From a virus (lineage: Duplodnaviria > Caudoviricetes): DNA of 25,525 nucleotides. Under the pieces are notes generated by a model. That model ran no database searches and had not been told where the DNA came from. It saw nothing but the letters and a program-made list of their open reading frames with translations. Position numbers and translations under genes: made by a program. Shown here piece after piece: positions 25,193-25,525 of the stretch (position 1 is its first letter; every line of letters starts with the position of its first letter). Location: positions 1 through 25,525 of IMG/VR virus record IMGVR_UViG_3300026105_000260. One strand, 5' to 3'.

Positions 25193-25525
25193 AGTATGTG
25201 GTTACTCCGAACGGCGCTTCGGGTGCTCGTCCATACACTGAGTGTATAACAAATACAGTATCACAGTAGTCCGGATCACCCCAGTCGCCCCACGGCATAC
25301 CGTCAGTAAACATAATGAACTTCTTAGGCACAAAGTCCTGGTTCTTCATGTATGTCCAGTTTGCTATGAAGTCAGTACCGCCACCGCCTTTGATTTCATA
25401 TTCAAGCATGTCGCGTCCGTCGTCTGCTGTAAACGTATCTTCATTGTAAACTTCAGTGTCAAAGCACCAAATTTTAATACGATAGTCTTCGTACTGATCC
25501 ATAATGCCTTTGACTTCGCTTAGGA
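25182..25525 (-). CDS. VWA-like domain protein (DUF2201/putative metallopeptidase family), C-terminal part (truncated by window edge)
   Basis: Frame stays open to the edge (LSEVKGI-MDQY...); CFDTEV, GGGGTDF and IMFTDG are VWA/MIDAS-type motifs. Confidence 0.8.
   Translation of the reverse strand, partial: LSEVKGIMDQYEDYRIKIWCFDTEVYNEDTFTADDGRDMLEYEIKGGGGTDFIANWTYMKNQDFVPKKFIMFTDGMPWGDWGDPDYCDTVFVIHSVYGRAPEAPFGVTTYYDD

Noticed and set aside
806-25523. Short nested or antisense ORFs in the track (806, 1331, 1539, 2603, 3118, 3296, 4545, 7520, 9102, 10194, 10325, 11288, 12868, 16418, 17127, 22174, 24226, 25242)
   Set aside because: They lie within or across longer motif-bearing genes and show no recognisable motifs; treated as shadow ORFs.
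1-25525. Stop-codon reassignment
   Set aside because: The standard code gives near-complete coding coverage, and TAA, TAG and TGA all end genes at sensible junctions.
1-25525. CRISPR array, tRNA/rRNA, IS elements or introns
   Set aside because: Intergenic gaps are at most about 70 nt, and no repeat-spacer pattern, cloverleaf or transposase motif was seen by eye.
1-25525. Eukaryotic giant virus or cellular origin
   Set aside because: SD sequences, overlapping operons, T4-late-like boxes and a fibre gene favour a bacteriophage, though no capsid or terminase gene is in the window to prove it.

Overview
This is a gene-dense, AT-rich window that reads as part of a large tailed-phage genome. Support comes from T4-late-promoter-like TAAATA boxes at every divergent junction, a tail-fibre-like gene with an Mtd_N-type N-terminus, a VWA/DUF2201-like gene, and the absence of cellular housekeeping genes. 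Positions 1-22564 form an unbroken ~22.5 kb modification-enzyme island. It holds 8 radical SAM proteins with SPASM/Twitch-type Cys motifs in three architectures and 7 putative 2OG-Fe(II) oxygenases, one fused to a cold-shock domain. It also holds 2 minimal SDRs, 2 kinase-fold proteins with degenerate catalytic motifs, a GNAT-like protein, a SAM methyltransferase, a QueC-like PP-loop ATPase, 2 glycosyltransferase-like proteins and a nucleotide-sugar dehydrogenase. The island is built of alternating-strand operons with back-to-back late-promoter motifs, several apparently leaderless, and overlapping convergent ends. It abuts a fibre gene and a more GC-rich block of core-like phage genes (22561-25525). 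The island's product is unknown. A late-expressed system that decorates virion proteins or glycans is the leading inference; DNA, host-surface or small-molecule modification are alternatives. All functional calls come from motif recognition only; no searches were run.
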